Positions 1 to 12,996 of a stretch of 64,000 nt of DNA are shown here, in pieces. The notes under the pieces are model-generated. The model did no database searches. It saw nothing but the letters and a program-made list of their open reading frames with translations, and was not told where the DNA came from. Within the stretch, counting starts at the first letter, position 1. Each line of letters begins with the position of its first letter. This DNA is from Octopus vulgaris. Its lineage: Eukaryota. Both the position numbers and the translations under genes were made by a program. The stretch spans positions 42,966,001 to 43,030,000 of the forward strand of contig OX597815.1 in NCBI GenBank assembly GCA_951406725.2. Direction: 5' to 3'.

Positions 1-285
1 TTGACGGATGTTTGTCCTCATCTTGTTTGTTGTTAACACAACGTTTCGGCTGATATACCCTCCAGCCTTCATCAGGGGTCTTGGGGAAATTACGAAGCTG
101 GGTTCTCATTTCTAAGGTATTTTTTGTTGTTGTTATTGTTTTTGCCGTTCAGGTAACTGCCTGGAATCGAACTCGAAATCTTGGGTTTAGTAACCTGTGC
201 TCTTAACCACTATGCCAGCATATGGTGTAGTGGTTAAGAGCGCAGGCTATTAACCCAAGATTCTGAGTTCGATTCCAGGCAGTGG
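1..285 (-). mobile_element. tRNA-headed, hammerhead-containing Penelope-type non-autonomous element with an inverted head copy
   Basis: - strand 216->1 reads tRNA-like A/B boxes, an AAC/AAT linker, then CTGATGA-A-GGCTG..CAGCC-GAAACGTT-GTGTT; an inverted second head lies at 217-285; same family at 29520-30300. Confidence 0.6.
35..80 (-). ncRNA. Minimal type I hammerhead ribozyme motif
   Basis: GACCC-CUGAUGA-A-GGCUG(10 nt loop)CAGCC-GAAAC-GUU-GUGUU; palindromic AACGUU stem III; stem I imperfect. Confidence 0.6.
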
Positions 286-996
286 TTTCTACAGCTGGAT
301 GCCCTTCTTAATGCCAACCACTTTACAGAGGGTAGTGGGAACTTTTTTTTTGCATGTCACCAGTACAAATGCATTTACATCACCCCAGGACAAATGCATT
401 TTATGTGGCATTGGCACAAGTGCATTTTACATGACACCAGCACCTGCAACACAGAGGCCTCTCAGTTGGGAGAGGGAGTGGGGCCATAGTCATAAAGGGC
501 ATGTCTATATATATGAATGACCGCAATTTTATTTAGCTTGGTGTGTCTTCTCAAGTGCAGCAAATCACCACAAGTTTTAGTCAATTGTCATCTCCTCAGG
601 GAGGCCTAATAATAATGATTTCTGATTTTGGCATAGGCCTAAAATTTTGAGGAAAAGGAGTTATCCCTCGTACTTGACTGGTACCTTATCTTTTTGACTG
701 CTGAGGGATGAATGACAATGTTGATTGTAATGGGATATGAAATCAAAACATAGAGAGTTAGAAGGCATTTCCCCCAGTGCTTTTATCATTCTACCACCCC
801 ACCACAAATGCACAAGGCCAGCAATTTTGGATGGAGGATATTAATCAATACCATTAACCTGTTACTTAACTGGTACTTCAATTTAGCAAACTTGAATGGA
901 TACATGACAAAATTGATATCATGAGAGTTGGAACTTCAAATGTAAACAAACCACATTATGCACAATGAGATAGTTTGTTCAATGTCATATTTAGTA

Positions 997-1045
<49 letters not shown>

Positions 1046-1257
1046 TCTATTATAGGCACAAAGCTTGAAATTTTGTGGGAGGGTATAAGTCGATTATATC
1101 AACCCCAGTGCTTTTATTGACCCTGAAAGAATGAAAGGCAAAGTCGATCTTGGCAGAATTTGAAATCAGAACATAAAGACAGACAAATGTCCTTAAGCAT
1201 TTCACTCGGCATGGCAACAATTCTGCCAGCTCGCCACCTTAATAATAATAGTAATAA

Positions 1258-1835
1258 TGTCCTGATGCAGTACCAGGCACTGGATCTCATGACTTTTGAT
1301 CTTAACTGATTTGAAGTTTTGTCATGTACATATTTTGTCTTGTTATAAAAGATGGGCTACAGCAAATATTCTGCTCAATACCACAGATTTTCTTGTTAGT
1401 TGTTTGACCTTAACCAGTTGAGCAAGTCCCTTAATGGCTGATGATATGTTCATCTTTGATCATAAACAGAAGAAGTGGTGGAGCATCGTAGCCATGTGTT
1501 GAGAGGAATTCTTTGGGTTTTGAGTGATTCACCCCTGGAAACATGGGTGTTTCATCCATTATCCTTAAACAAACCTTATTCAGGGACCTTTTGAGCGGGA
1601 TGGACTACTAGACCTGAAAAAAATTCTAACTGGGCCTCACTTGCAAGGTCACGTGCTGTTTATCTTGATATGAGATCATCATGTCGCGACACTACTGCCA
1701 CTACTGCTGCTACTACTACTATGGGATGCATGTGCCTGGTGTACCCTTATCAGACAGGTAGTTTTGATGGATATATTGGGCTTCATATATTTGTACCCTA
1801 GTGTCACTTTGATGGCATCTATTGCATTCTCACTG
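1258..1835 (+). mobile_element. ~550-bp non-coding element inserted in (AAT)n (copy 1)
   Basis: Starts TGTCCTGATGCAGTACC and ends CTCACTG+(AAT)n; the family consensus is TGCCCTGATGCAGTACC...CTCTCACTC; homologous to five other copies. Confidence 0.85.
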
Positions 1836-1854
1836 AATAATAATAATAATAATG

Positions 1855-2605
1855 ATTTCTTTTATTAGTCACAAGTGCCCAAGACATGGAGGACAGTATT
1901 GAAGGACATGTTACAGCATTAAAAAAATTACAGAAGGTACAAAAAACATGTGGAGTTGACATCAGTGAATTGGAGATACTACCACATTAAATGATATAAC
2001 AGAGGATATATAACAGAAAGTAGAAAAATAAATATATAATAAATACATAAATAAATTGAATCCTCAATTGTGGGGCAGTCCACTTAGGGTAATCTGAAGT
2101 AAACCCCACGCAAAAATCCCTGATTACTCTGCCATCTCCAAGAATAAATCCATTCAGTCTCACCAGTCTTGCTACTATTGGCCACCTTTTGAAGGCAGGA
2201 CTACCTTCACCTTCCTCTTCAAATGATATTTGAAGAAATTGATGAGGGCTTGACCAGATAGGAATGTGCCTATTTTCAAACCTTTCAGATGGGTCCACCA
2301 CACAACCTCTTTTGCCATGGCCACTAAGCAGAGAAAGATCTGCCTTTCTTCTCTGCTAAGGAAAGGTGGTGCGTTGATCTTCACTATACATTCAGCAGAC
2401 AGCTGAACTCATCTTACACGCAACAACGGCTGCTCCACACCATCCTACAACTCTCTAATGCATGGCCATTGAATTATGGCATGCAGGATGGTTTCACCCC
2501 TTGCAAGCCTCTCAGGCACTTCCAAGCATGAAGAGCTTGTCTTGAATAGGCAAAACCGTAAGGTAGTCTGGAAGAGACTTATCAGACTGTTCTCATTGAT
2601 GCCTA
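1855..2605 (-). mobile_element. 3' fragment of an L1/Tx1-clade LINE
   Basis: ORF2 C-terminus-like peptide CLVAMAKEVVWWT..FFKYHLKRKV and a 3' end ...CTTGTGACTAATAAAGAAAT. Confidence 0.55.
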
Positions 2606-2607
2606 GA

Positions 2608-2701
<94 letters not shown>

Positions 2702-2702
2702 C

Positions 2703-3257
2703 TGCCCTGATGCAGTACCAGACAGTGGTTCTCACGGCTTCTGATCTTAACTGATTGGAAGTGTTATCATGTACATTGTTTTCTCTTGGTACAAAAGATG
2801 GGCTACAGCAAATATTCTGCTCAATACCACAGATTTGCTTGTCAGTTGCTTGACCTTAACCAGTTGACCATGTTCCTTAGAGGCTGACGATATGTGCATC
2901 TCTGATCAAGAGCAGAAGTAGTGGGGGAGCATCATAGCCGTATGTTGAGAGGAATTCTTTAGGGTTTGAATAATTCACCTCTGGAAACATGGGTGTTTCG
3001 TTCAACATCCTTAAACAACCTTTATTCAGGGACCTTTTGAGCGGGATGGGTTAATTGACCTGAAGAAAATTCTACCTGGGCCCCTCCTGCAAGGTCATGT
3101 GCTGTTTATCCTGATATGAGATCACCATGTCGTGCACATATGGTTGTGATGCATGTGCCTGGTGTACCCTTATCAGACGTGTAGTCATGATGGGTATACT
3201 GGGTTTCATATATTTTACCCCAGTGTCACTTTGATGGCATGCACTGCTCTCCCACTC
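2703..3257 (+). mobile_element. ~550-bp (AAT)n-associated element (copy 2)
   Basis: Same termini; (AAT)n on both sides. Confidence 0.85.
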
Positions 3258-3310
<53 letters not shown>

Positions 3311-3321
3311 TAATAATAATA

Positions 3322-4190
3322 ATCCTTTCTACTAAAGGCAGAAAACCTGAAATTTGTGGGGAGGGGATTATTTGATCACATTGACCTCAGGGTTTCACTG
3401 GTACTTTATTTATTGACCTTGAAAGGATGAAAGGCAAAGTCAACCATGGCAGAATTTGAACCTAGAATGTAGCAATGGGAGAAATACTGCTAAGCATTTC
3501 TTCCAGTGTGCTAATGATTCTGCTTGCTCTCTGCTTTAATAATAATAATAATAATGATAATCCTTTCTAGTATAGGCACAAGGCCTGAAATTTGGGGCAA
3601 GAGTACAGTTGAGTACATTGACTCCAGTGTTTTTCTGGTACTTTATTTATTGACCCCGAAAGGACAAAAGGCAAAGTCAACCTCAGTGGGATTTTAATTC
3701 AGAACATAATGACAGACAAAATACCACTAAGCATTTTGCCTGGTGTGCTAATGATTCTGCCAGCTTGCCAATAATAATAATAATAACAGTAATAATCCTT
3801 TCTGCTATAGGCACAAGGCCTGAAATTTGCGAGAGGAAGATAGATGATTACATCAACCCCAGTACTCAACTAGTACTCATTTCATTGACAATAATAGGAT
3901 GAAAGGCAAAGTTGGCTCCATGGCATTTGCCAATAATTATAATAACAATAATAATCCTTTTTGCTACAGGCAAAAGGCCTGAAATTTTGGGAGAGGGAGA
4001 TAGTCAATTACATCAACCCCAGTGCTTGACTGGTACTTATTTTTATTGACTCCAAATAGATGAAATAAATGTCTGGTGCACTAACTTCTTTCTACTACAG
4101 ACAGAAGGCCTGAATTTTTTTTTGGAGGGTGGGGGTTAAGTTGATTAGCAGCATTTTATCTGGGATGCTAATGATTCTGCCAGTTACTAC
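3322..4190 (-). mobile_element. Stack of head-to-tail tRNA-derived SINE copies (family 1), CpG-decayed
   Basis: Repeated CCTTTCTACTATAGGCACAAGGCCTGAAATT...GAAAGGATGAAAGGCAAAG-like units separated by (AAT)n. Confidence 0.8.
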
Positions 4191-6503
4191 ATTGATAATA
4201 ATGTTGCACTTCATGGGAGGACAGTATCTTGCAGATATTTGTAGGCGGCTACTGATATACAAGAGGTATTTTCTACACTGGTATGACATAATTGCCGCTT
4301 TATATAACAGCATAGTGCTTTAGAGGTATCTTTATATCATTCATTGATCAGGTATTTAGTAGCTATCTCCTGTTATTGGATCACAAAGGCATAGTCATCT
4401 GAGTAAGATATGATGTACTTTAGAAGAGGCTGCCATTTCTATCATTTTGGAGGTGGGAGAAAACTCAAGGGTTGCTCCAGGTGACACACACACTCTACCT
4501 TGACCATTGAACAACAGCCTCAATATTTCATTACAAGAGACAGATAAATTAGTTTTCCATTATCATCTTATATTAGTGATTGAGCTTAATAATTTTGGTG
4601 AATTTACTATAATTGAAGGTGCATTGTTTTGTGCTTAGGCAGATGGCATTTGGCACATGATCATAAATTCATGAGTTCAATTCCCAGCAGTGGATTGTGT
4701 TTTTGAGCAAGACACTTTATTTCATGTTGCTCCAGTCCACTCAGCTGGTAAAAATGAGTAGTACCTGTATTTCAAAGGGACTGCCCTGTCACACACTCTG
4801 TGTCATGCTGAATCTCCCTGAGAACTACATTGTGGGTATGCATGTCTGTGGAGTGCTTAGCCACTTGCACATTAATTTCATGAGCAGGTTGTTCCATTGA
4901 CCGGATCAAGTGGAACCCTCTTTGTCATAACTGACAGAGTGCCAGTTAAAATTAGATAGTTACTGTATTTGACAGGTGATCATTGCTCAGCTAGTCCGCC
5001 CAAAATATAGGGCCCTGGTGTAGTATAACAGTTTGAGCATGTTACAGTTTTCCCTGTTCAGTCTGTTTCTGCATGCTGATTGTTGTTGTTACCAGTGTTA
5101 TCAAACTCTAGGTCAGCCCTGATTAAACAAACCTGTAATGAAATCCACCCACCCCATTTTATTTATTTAATTTTTTTATTTATTACTTTTTATTCAAACA
5201 GAATTATCATGACAGTCATGAAAGTGCTCAATTTTCCAATATCAAGGAGATGGAAATTAACTATTTTTAAATGAATAGACCCCCTTCTAGTGTTTTATGT
5301 CAGTTGACTGGGTGAAAATCTATATTTCTGAAGATATTTTACAGTTTCTAAATTTGATGAAAATATTCAGTTTAAGATTTCAGTAATACCATGAACTTTT
5401 TAAACATTAAATCATTGAAAATCACCATTTCTAAAAAGTACTAAATGATCTATTAGACATTTCTCTGAAGGTAAATAAAAAAAGCGGTCTTCTCATGCCC
5501 TATGGACCCATAAATGCTGATTTTCCAGTTTCCATGGTGTATACATATTTATCCCCTGGACAGGACAGGACAGGAATTGAAACCAATATCTCATGATCAT
5601 TGGTCCAGTACTCTAACCACTTGGCCACATGTTTCCAATACTCTGAAGGTGGAAGTGACTAATTCTGAATAAAATTTTACTTTCCAATTTTGTTGAAAAT
5701 TAGCAGCATTAAAAAAGAAATTGAACAGGGAATCATATGAATGATGAATTTTTAAACAGTAAATAATTTTAAAAGTATCTGACATAAAATCTGTATATTC
5801 TAGTAAAGCAGCATTATTGGCTGAATGAAAAGGTGTCATTCTTAAGAAAAATTGGCTCTTGATCATGAGAATTATCAATTTTCAAGCATGAAAAAATATA
5901 AAAATTATCTTTTTCTGTCAAAAAAATGTGAAAATTTATTAACTGCTCTATTTTAGTATTAATTTGTGAGCAAAAGGCTATAATTCTAACGGAAGAAATA
6001 TTGTATGTTCTAAATTAGGTGTAAATAATTAATAATTCATATTAGCTTCTCTACTTGATGATGTGAGAATCTATTTTAGTTTGGTAGCTGAAACTATTTT
6101 GCACTTTCTTAATCACATAAAAATTACCAATAGTTCAAATTCTGGGAATCATCATCATCATCATCATCACCATCATCATTGTTTAATGTCTGTTTTCTAT
6201 ACTGGCATGGATTGGACAGTTTAACTGGAGTTGGCCAACCAGTGAGCTGTCCAGGCTCCAATTGTCTGTTTTGGCATGGTGCTTATGGCTGGATGCCCCT
6301 TCTAATGCCAACCACATTACAGAGTGTGCTACATTAAATAAGCTGAAAAATATATATTCTAATAGATAATGAATCTCTTAAGTTCAAAATAAATTAAAAT
6401 CACATGTAAAGTTGGATAAAATGCATAAAATTTCAAATTTCTGTCAGGTATTGAGCCATTGTATATATATAAATGTATGTATATATATATATGTATGTAT
6501 GTG

Positions 6504-6557
<54 letters not shown>

Positions 6558-6967
6558 CACACATATATATATATATATTTGTGGCATAGACAATGACTGC
6601 TTGAGATGAGGTTTCGTGTATGACTGCAAAAACTCATTAAAATTTCTGTTAGGTCTGTGGACAGTGGCTAGACTTTAAAAGGTCTGGAACCAAAGACTTC
6701 GGAACGAGGAAAAGTTGAGTTTTTATAAGGAGCTGTAGGGTCAAACAGGGTCGTGAACAGGCTATCCCACATGATCCTATTTAGGGGTCTTCGCCTGGTT
6801 ATGTACGACAAGTTGGCACGACAGAGTAAGAGACACACTGCGCTAATACCAACCAGAGTAGTGAATACAACGGGATTCAAATAGCGGCCAAAGGCTAGCT
6901 GTTCCCTGCTACGTTCGAATGCACGTATATATAATAAATGGGTGAGAGGAATTTCACCCGCGTCTAC

Positions 6968-7016
<49 letters not shown>

Positions 7017-7313
7017 TATCAAACCTTTCCTATTCCCACCCACATCCCTAGCATTATCCTTTCTCACAGAAACTCTCCTTCACTCTATTTCGTATTATGA
7101 AATTTATTCGTGATACCCATTTGCACTCGTTTTTTCTCTTTGTGTGTGTGTGTGTGTGTATGCGTGTGTGTTTTGTTTTATAAATTTTCATACTTAACTT
7201 TGATTTGCTTCGTCTATTTCTTAAATTACAAAACGAATTTCACCTGGAATTTTTCGTTGGCTGCTAGTATTATAACTATTACCCTGTACCTATGCATCCC
7301 GATTAGTTTTAGT

Positions 7314-7747
7314 GTCGATCTCCTGGGGCTAAAAGCGTCAGTAATACCCACCCCCAGTGGCTAGCCACATTCAGATGGCTAGTACACTTTACGTTGTCGA
7401 GCGGTTACTGTTTACATCTCGTTCGGAGATTTATTAATGCTTTCAGACAGTTTTTCTAAATCAGTGACTGTGGTTGCTGGGAAAAACGTTAAATATTATC
7501 TGCAAAGGTCTCCTTCATCGAAAACCGGTGTTTACCATACGTTGACGAGAGGCAAAAACCTTGAAACTATAGTCCGTATGTATCACTTAGGTTTTCGAGG
7601 GAGGATGACCTCCCTTTGCAAATAACACAAGAGCATTGAAATTGTGTCTAAGGTCAGCTGGAGACGTCGATCTCCTGGGGCTAAAAGCGTCAGTAACACC
7701 CACCCCCAGTGGCTAGCCACATTCAGATGGCTAGTACACTTTACGTT
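7314..7747. repeat. ~82-bp direct repeat pair, period about 352 bp
   Basis: GTCGATCTCCTGGGGCTAAAAGCGTCAGTAA.ACCCACCCCCAGTGGCTAGCCACATTCAGATGGCTAGTACACTTTACGTT at about 7314 and 7666, one mismatch. Confidence 0.9.
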
Positions 7748-8417
7748 ACTTTAATATTGTTTTTCATGTATTTTCAATAGCATGAAACAAAACACTTCAT
7801 TAATTTTGAAATCTTGTAATCCGATCATCTTTAAGCATTTGTTTGATTATTTGCTAATTAACAATCGTTGCACTATTTGTAATGATTTATAAATCATTGC
7901 ATTGTTCCAAACGTTCACTTTTGTCTGATGATTTGTCACGTGAAACTCAGAGCGTTCGTAAAGTTTTTCTGCTTGCGAAGTGTTTCAGTTTCAATCTACC
8001 TTTGGTATTCGAGTACTATTTTCTTCATCTTGTTTCGCATTTATGTACTCTCATGCCTCTCTCCCTGTCCCTTCCTTTGTGTGTGTGTGTGTGTGTGTGA
8101 TCGCACCCGAAGGTGGTTTAAGAGGGAAACTCTCCCTTTTCGACATCTATTCACAGCAGTGATTGTATCCTTCACTCGTCTTGGCCAGTCTTTGCAAGTG
8201 GAACTTAACAACAGGTCAAGGAGAGAGGAAAGTAGGTCACCAGCAAAAACTTTATTTCCTTATTCCAAATTGCTTCCAAACTTTATGAATCACAACAGAA
8301 AAAGAACACACGCGCGCATTACATGCGTATCAATTAAAATTGGCTGAATTCGCTATAGCAGAAACATATGAAACTAAGTACGAAACCGCGAGACGCAAAT
8401 GACCTCACGACGTTCTT

Positions 8418-8431
8418 GTTGCTATGGAAAC
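8418..8431 (+). promoter_or_regulatory. RFX X-box (GTTGCTATGGAAAC)
   Basis: Near-palindromic match to the RFX X-box consensus GTTNCCATGGNAAC (one mismatch), ending 14 nt before the ATG at 8446. Confidence 0.65.
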
Positions 8432-8445
8432 CACATCAATCAACA

Positions 8446-8707
8446 ATGCCGAGCGGAACAAGCGAAGTAAGATATGTTGACACTTATGACTTGCCCGATC
8501 AACCACAAATTGCTTTCTGTGATTCAGACGAGAAAGATACACTTCTAGCACGGCATTTCTGGTTATCTGTACACTTGAGACCTTTCTTTGAATCACGCCT
8601 CGTGGCCAGTGACATTGGACAACGAACTAAGAAAGCGAGCTTGAAATCTCAAGACGAATTCTTGCTGAAAGGAGACAATGTCCCTCATGAAATTCAACAT
8701 ATTACTG
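8446..8707 (+). CDS. Exon 1 of an unannotated 7-exon gene (MPSGTSEVRYVDTYDLPDQPQIAFCDSDEKDTLLARHFWLSVHLRPFFESRLV...EIQHIT)
   Basis: ATG in CAACAATG context inside ORF 8368-8715; donor G|GTAGGT at 8707/8708 (phase 1), which matches the phase of the next exon; non-repetitive CpG-containing sequence. An upstream in-frame ATG at 8368 is an alternative start. Confidence 0.7.
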
Positions 8708-9026
8708 GTAGGTAGACAAGTAGAAAAAAAAACAAACAACTTGTTTATCTCTGGGTAAACTCTGAACGCTTACAGCTGTGATCAAAATCGATACATCCAT
8801 GACCAACCTGTCTTATTTTACTCATGGATAATTTGCTTAATAATGGAGAAGGAATGCACGAGAAATTGCTAACTTAATTTACCGGGAAATGTGTACTTTA
8901 GAATCGTCTAAAGACAGGCCGATGTGTGGTGAGATACATAACGGCGAAAATAAAGAAGGAAAAAGGATACCGGTCTGTCTGCCAGCCAGCCAGCCAGCCA
9001 GCCTGTCTGTCTGTCTATCTATCTAC

Positions 9027-9091
<65 letters not shown>

Positions 9092-9315
9092 CTATCGATG
9101 TTTGAGTGTATATGTATGTGTGTACGCTGTGTATGTGTGTACGCTGTGCAAAATGTTTAGCGGTATTTCGTCCGTCTTTACGTTCTAAGTTCGAATTCCT
9201 CCGAGGTCGATTTTGCCATACATCATTTCGGGGTCGATAAAGTATGCACTGGTATCAATGTAATCGATTAGAACCTTCTCTTAAAATTTCAGGCCTTGTG
9301 CCTATAGTAGAAAGG

Positions 9316-9368
<53 letters not shown>

Positions 9369-9426
9369 CATCATTATTATTATTATTATTATTATCATCA
9401 TCATCATTATTATTATTATTATTATT

Positions 9427-9964
9427 GAGTGAGAGAGCAGTTCATGCCATCAAAGTGACACTGGGGTAAAATATACGAAGCCCAATATACCCATCATGAC
9501 TACCCGTCTGATAAAGGTACACTAGGCACATGCATCACAACCATATGTGCGCGACATGGTGATCTCATATCAAGATAAACAGCACATGACCTTGCAGGTG
9601 GGGCCCAGTTAGAATTTTCTTCAGGTTGAGTAGCCCATCCCGCTCAAACGGTCCCTGAATAAGGGTTGTTTAAGGATGTTGAAAGAACCACCCATGTTTC
9701 CAGAGGTGAACTATTCAAACCCCAAAGAATCCTCTCAACACATGGCTATGATGCTCCCCCACTACTTCTGCTCGTGATCAGAGATGCACATATCGTCAGC
9801 CACTAAGGGACATGCTCAACTGGTTAAGGTCAAACAACTGACAAGCAAATCTGTGGTATTGAGCAGAATATTTGCTGTAGCCCATCTTTTGTACCAAGAC
9901 AAAACATTGTACATGATAACACTTCCAATCAGTTAAGATCAGAAGCCATGAGAGCCACTGCCTG

Positions 9965-9967
<3 letters not shown>
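9427..9967 (-). mobile_element. ~550-bp (AAT)n-associated element (copy 3)
   Basis: Reverse complement of the family, slightly 5'-shortened; (ATT)n on both sides. Confidence 0.85.
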
Positions 9968-10007
<40 letters not shown>

Positions 10008-10029
10008 CATCATCATTATTATTATTATT

Positions 10030-12350
10030 ATTCCTTAATGACCTCGAGGCACCAAGTTTGGATGTAGTAGCCTCATCGAAACCAGGATTTCTGACACTCG
10101 TACCTTAGCACCCATTTTGGCGATTTTGCGCTCTTCGTATCGCTTACTCGATTCGAAATAGTGGTACAGGGTAGTGGTGTTGTCCGGAGATACGGTCGAT
10201 GTTCGTGGATCTGAAGGTAAGCTGGTGGTCCTGGACGTGAGCAGCAGCAAAGGTGTGCCTTTAGACTGTATATACCCCGGCAGGGGTGGGGCAGTCGGAT
10301 TTCTTCAGGTGCTTGAAAGTTTTCCTTGGGATGTCGCGTTCTTTGGTGCTAGTGGGCAATTAGTACGGCATTTCGCATGCACGTCTGGATTGTGTAAGGT
10401 TATCTTATAGGAGAGGTGGGTGTAAAAGCCTCGCAGCCTACTCAGTCGTTTCCCACTGGCTGACAGGTACCGAGTGGATTTTCCAATTCACCCATGTGGA
10501 CATGGACAAACAACATCGGATCATCCAGATCGTATATCGATAGAGTATTCTGTACGCCAAGAAATAGGTGTAACATAAATTATCTACAAGTGAAATTCGT
10601 GACCTGTACGGTGGACGTAGATAGGTTGCGTAGACAGGGACCTGGATATTGAAAACTGAATGCGACATTCCTGTTGCGAAAAGCTTATAGAGATAAACTT
10701 AGTGAACTAGTTAAGAGGGAGCTGACAGATGACATTTTCGACAACAGGTGGTGGTTAGCCCTGAAGAAAGCTATGAGATTAAAATCGGTAAAATTTAGTA
10801 AAGAAATAGTGGTTGAGAAGTTTAAGCTAGAGGGAAAGCTAGTTAGTAACCTAGAAGAGGCGCTTAGAAAAGGCATTGATACTGCCGTGCTGGTATCGAG
10901 ATTGGCCCTTGGCTGATTCTTCAACTGATTCCACGGAGATGTGCCCCTTTGCTCAACTGTTTGGAGTGGACAATGGACCGGAGACGGGGGTGGGCTTTAC
11001 CGCCTATATCGATGGTCTGTTGCTGTCCAAGACTGGGGATGCGGATTGTTGCGGAAGGCCGATAACAGCTGACGAAATGGGCGAAGTGATGCGCGGTGGA
11101 GAAGTTGTCAGGGTTGGATAGTTTGCCCTAGGAGCTTTATCGTCATATGCTCGACTTGTTTGGAGTCCTCTTTGCAGATGTCTACAGCAACTGGCAGTAG
11201 AACGGGCAAATTTCCACTTCTACAGAAAGACGTGTGGTGGCATTGCCGAGAAAGGACCAGGACAAGGTGTATGATTCTTACAACTTCAGGCCCATAACTC
11301 TACTACATGCAGAGCTGAAGATTTTGGCCGAGGTGCTAGCTAAAAGGTTGGCGTTTGTCGCCGGTATTCTGGTGGGTTAGGCAGAGACATATGTCATTAC
11401 CACACAGGTCTATCCAAGATAACCTCCACTTCACGCGATACATCATAGACAAGATGAGTAAAGAGGCTGGCATTGGTGGGACCTTGATCAATTTAGATCA
11501 GTTGAAAGCTTTCAATAGGATCGACCTTCAAAATTTGGTGGTTGTTTTCCATCCAGTTTTCAGAGGTTGGATTGCTGCAATGTACAGCGACATTTGTTCG
11601 GCTGTCAGAGCAAATGGCCACCTGTTAGAATCATTTAGAATCATGTAATCGTTCCATCGACAATAGCTACTTGTTTCTTTTCTGTACCAACTCTAGAGCT
11701 ACTGCTGAAGACGTTGAAGGTTTCAAGGGGTATCAAGTGAGGACTATGATGCGGAAGATCCGTGTACGCAAATGCAGACGACGTCACTGCAACAGTGTCG
11801 GACACCAAAGAAATCGAGGTGATCGGCACTAAGGGAATACAAAGCGATGAGAAAAGCAAAAAGTAACTAGAACTCCGTGAGCCTGAGGCTCCTGGAGAAG
11901 CAGGTTCATGCCGTCCAACAGTGTCGTTGGGCATTGGGCGGATGAAATGGCTAAATTGGTTGGGGTTTGGTTTGGTACAGACCTCCAGGTGAACAAGAAC
12001 AGGGAAGAGGTGACGAGTAGGGCGACAAGTTTTACCAAGAATTGGGCTGAAAGGAAACTGCCTGAAGAGACGAGTGGAGGTGGCGAATGATTACATCGAA
12101 TTCGTCATCTACTTCCGCTCGACCGCCGTGTCTTATTCTACTGCATAGCTGATGAGAATGGAACGTTTGCTCTTCCACCTTTTGTGCAGTCCATTTTTTT
12201 CAGTGTCCGCTTCGCAGAGGACTGGGAATGCCGTGGTTTAAGATGCGCAGATGTGCACTGAGCCTACAACATTTCCAGCTTTTCCTTGACGGTGAACAGG
12301 TATGGTTTCCGTTTGTTAGACGCGCTTTTCCACAACTCGTTGCTTTCAGT
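10030..12350 (+). mobile_element. Degenerate L1/Tx1-clade LINE ORF2 (endonuclease + RT)
   Basis: Remnant motifs NFRPITLLHAELKILAEVLAKRL, RSIQDNL, LINLDQLKAFNRID and YANADDVT; many stops and frameshifts. Confidence 0.8.
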
Positions 12351-12369
12351 TATTGTTGTTGTTGTTTAT

Positions 12370-12980
12370 GAGACAATAAGCTGGCGGTATAGTTAGCGCG
12401 TCGAACAAAATGCTGAATAGCATTTCTTCAAATATCGCCGAGGTCAATAAAATTAGTACCAGTGAAGCACTCGAATCGATGTAATCGACTCCACACCCTT
12501 CAAAATGATTAGCCTTGCACCAAAATAAACAAGAAATATTATTATTGGCGAGCTAGCAGAATCGTTAGCATGCCGGGCGAAATACTTAACGGCATTTCAT
12601 CCGTCTTCTCGTTCTGAGTTCAAATTCTGCTATGGTCAACCTTGTCTTTCATCCTTTCGGGATCGGTAAATTAAGTATCAGTTGAGTACTCGAGCCGATG
12701 TAATCGACAAGCCCCCACCCCAAATTTCAGGCCTTGTGCTTATAGTAGAAAGGATTATTATTATTAGGACGGCGAGCTGGCAGAATCGTTAGCACGCTGG
12801 GGAAAATGCTTAGCAGTATTTCGTCCATCTCCACGTTCTAGGTTCAAATTCCCCTGAGGTCGACTTCACCTTTCATCCTTTCGGGGTCGATAAATGAAGA
12901 AGTACCAATGACACACTGGGGTCGATGTATTTGAGTCCTCTCTCTCAAATTTCAGGCCTTGTACCTATAATTGAAGAGAT
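12370..12980 (+). mobile_element. Three tandem family-1 SINE copies
   Basis: GGCGAGCTGGCAGAATCGTTAGC-type head, GTTCAAATTC B-box, (ATT)n tails. Confidence 0.8.
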
Positions 12981-12996
12981 TATTATTATTATTATT

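Noticed and set aside
220-285. tRNA gene
   Set aside because: A and B boxes are present but there is no convincing cloverleaf; it is the head of a repeated element. The same applies to the other SINE heads.
3322-4190. CRISPR-like regular array
   Set aside because: The units are ~200-bp degenerate SINEs in a eukaryotic context; no short repeats with unique spacers and no cas genes.
7640-7747. HDV-like or pistol ribozyme in the direct repeat
   Set aside because: Could not assemble P1/P1.1/P2/P3 consistently on either strand.
8213-8239. Nuclear-receptor half sites (AAAGTAGGTCA) and an E-box at about 7935 near the promoter
   Set aside because: Short motifs expected by chance; no conservation data.
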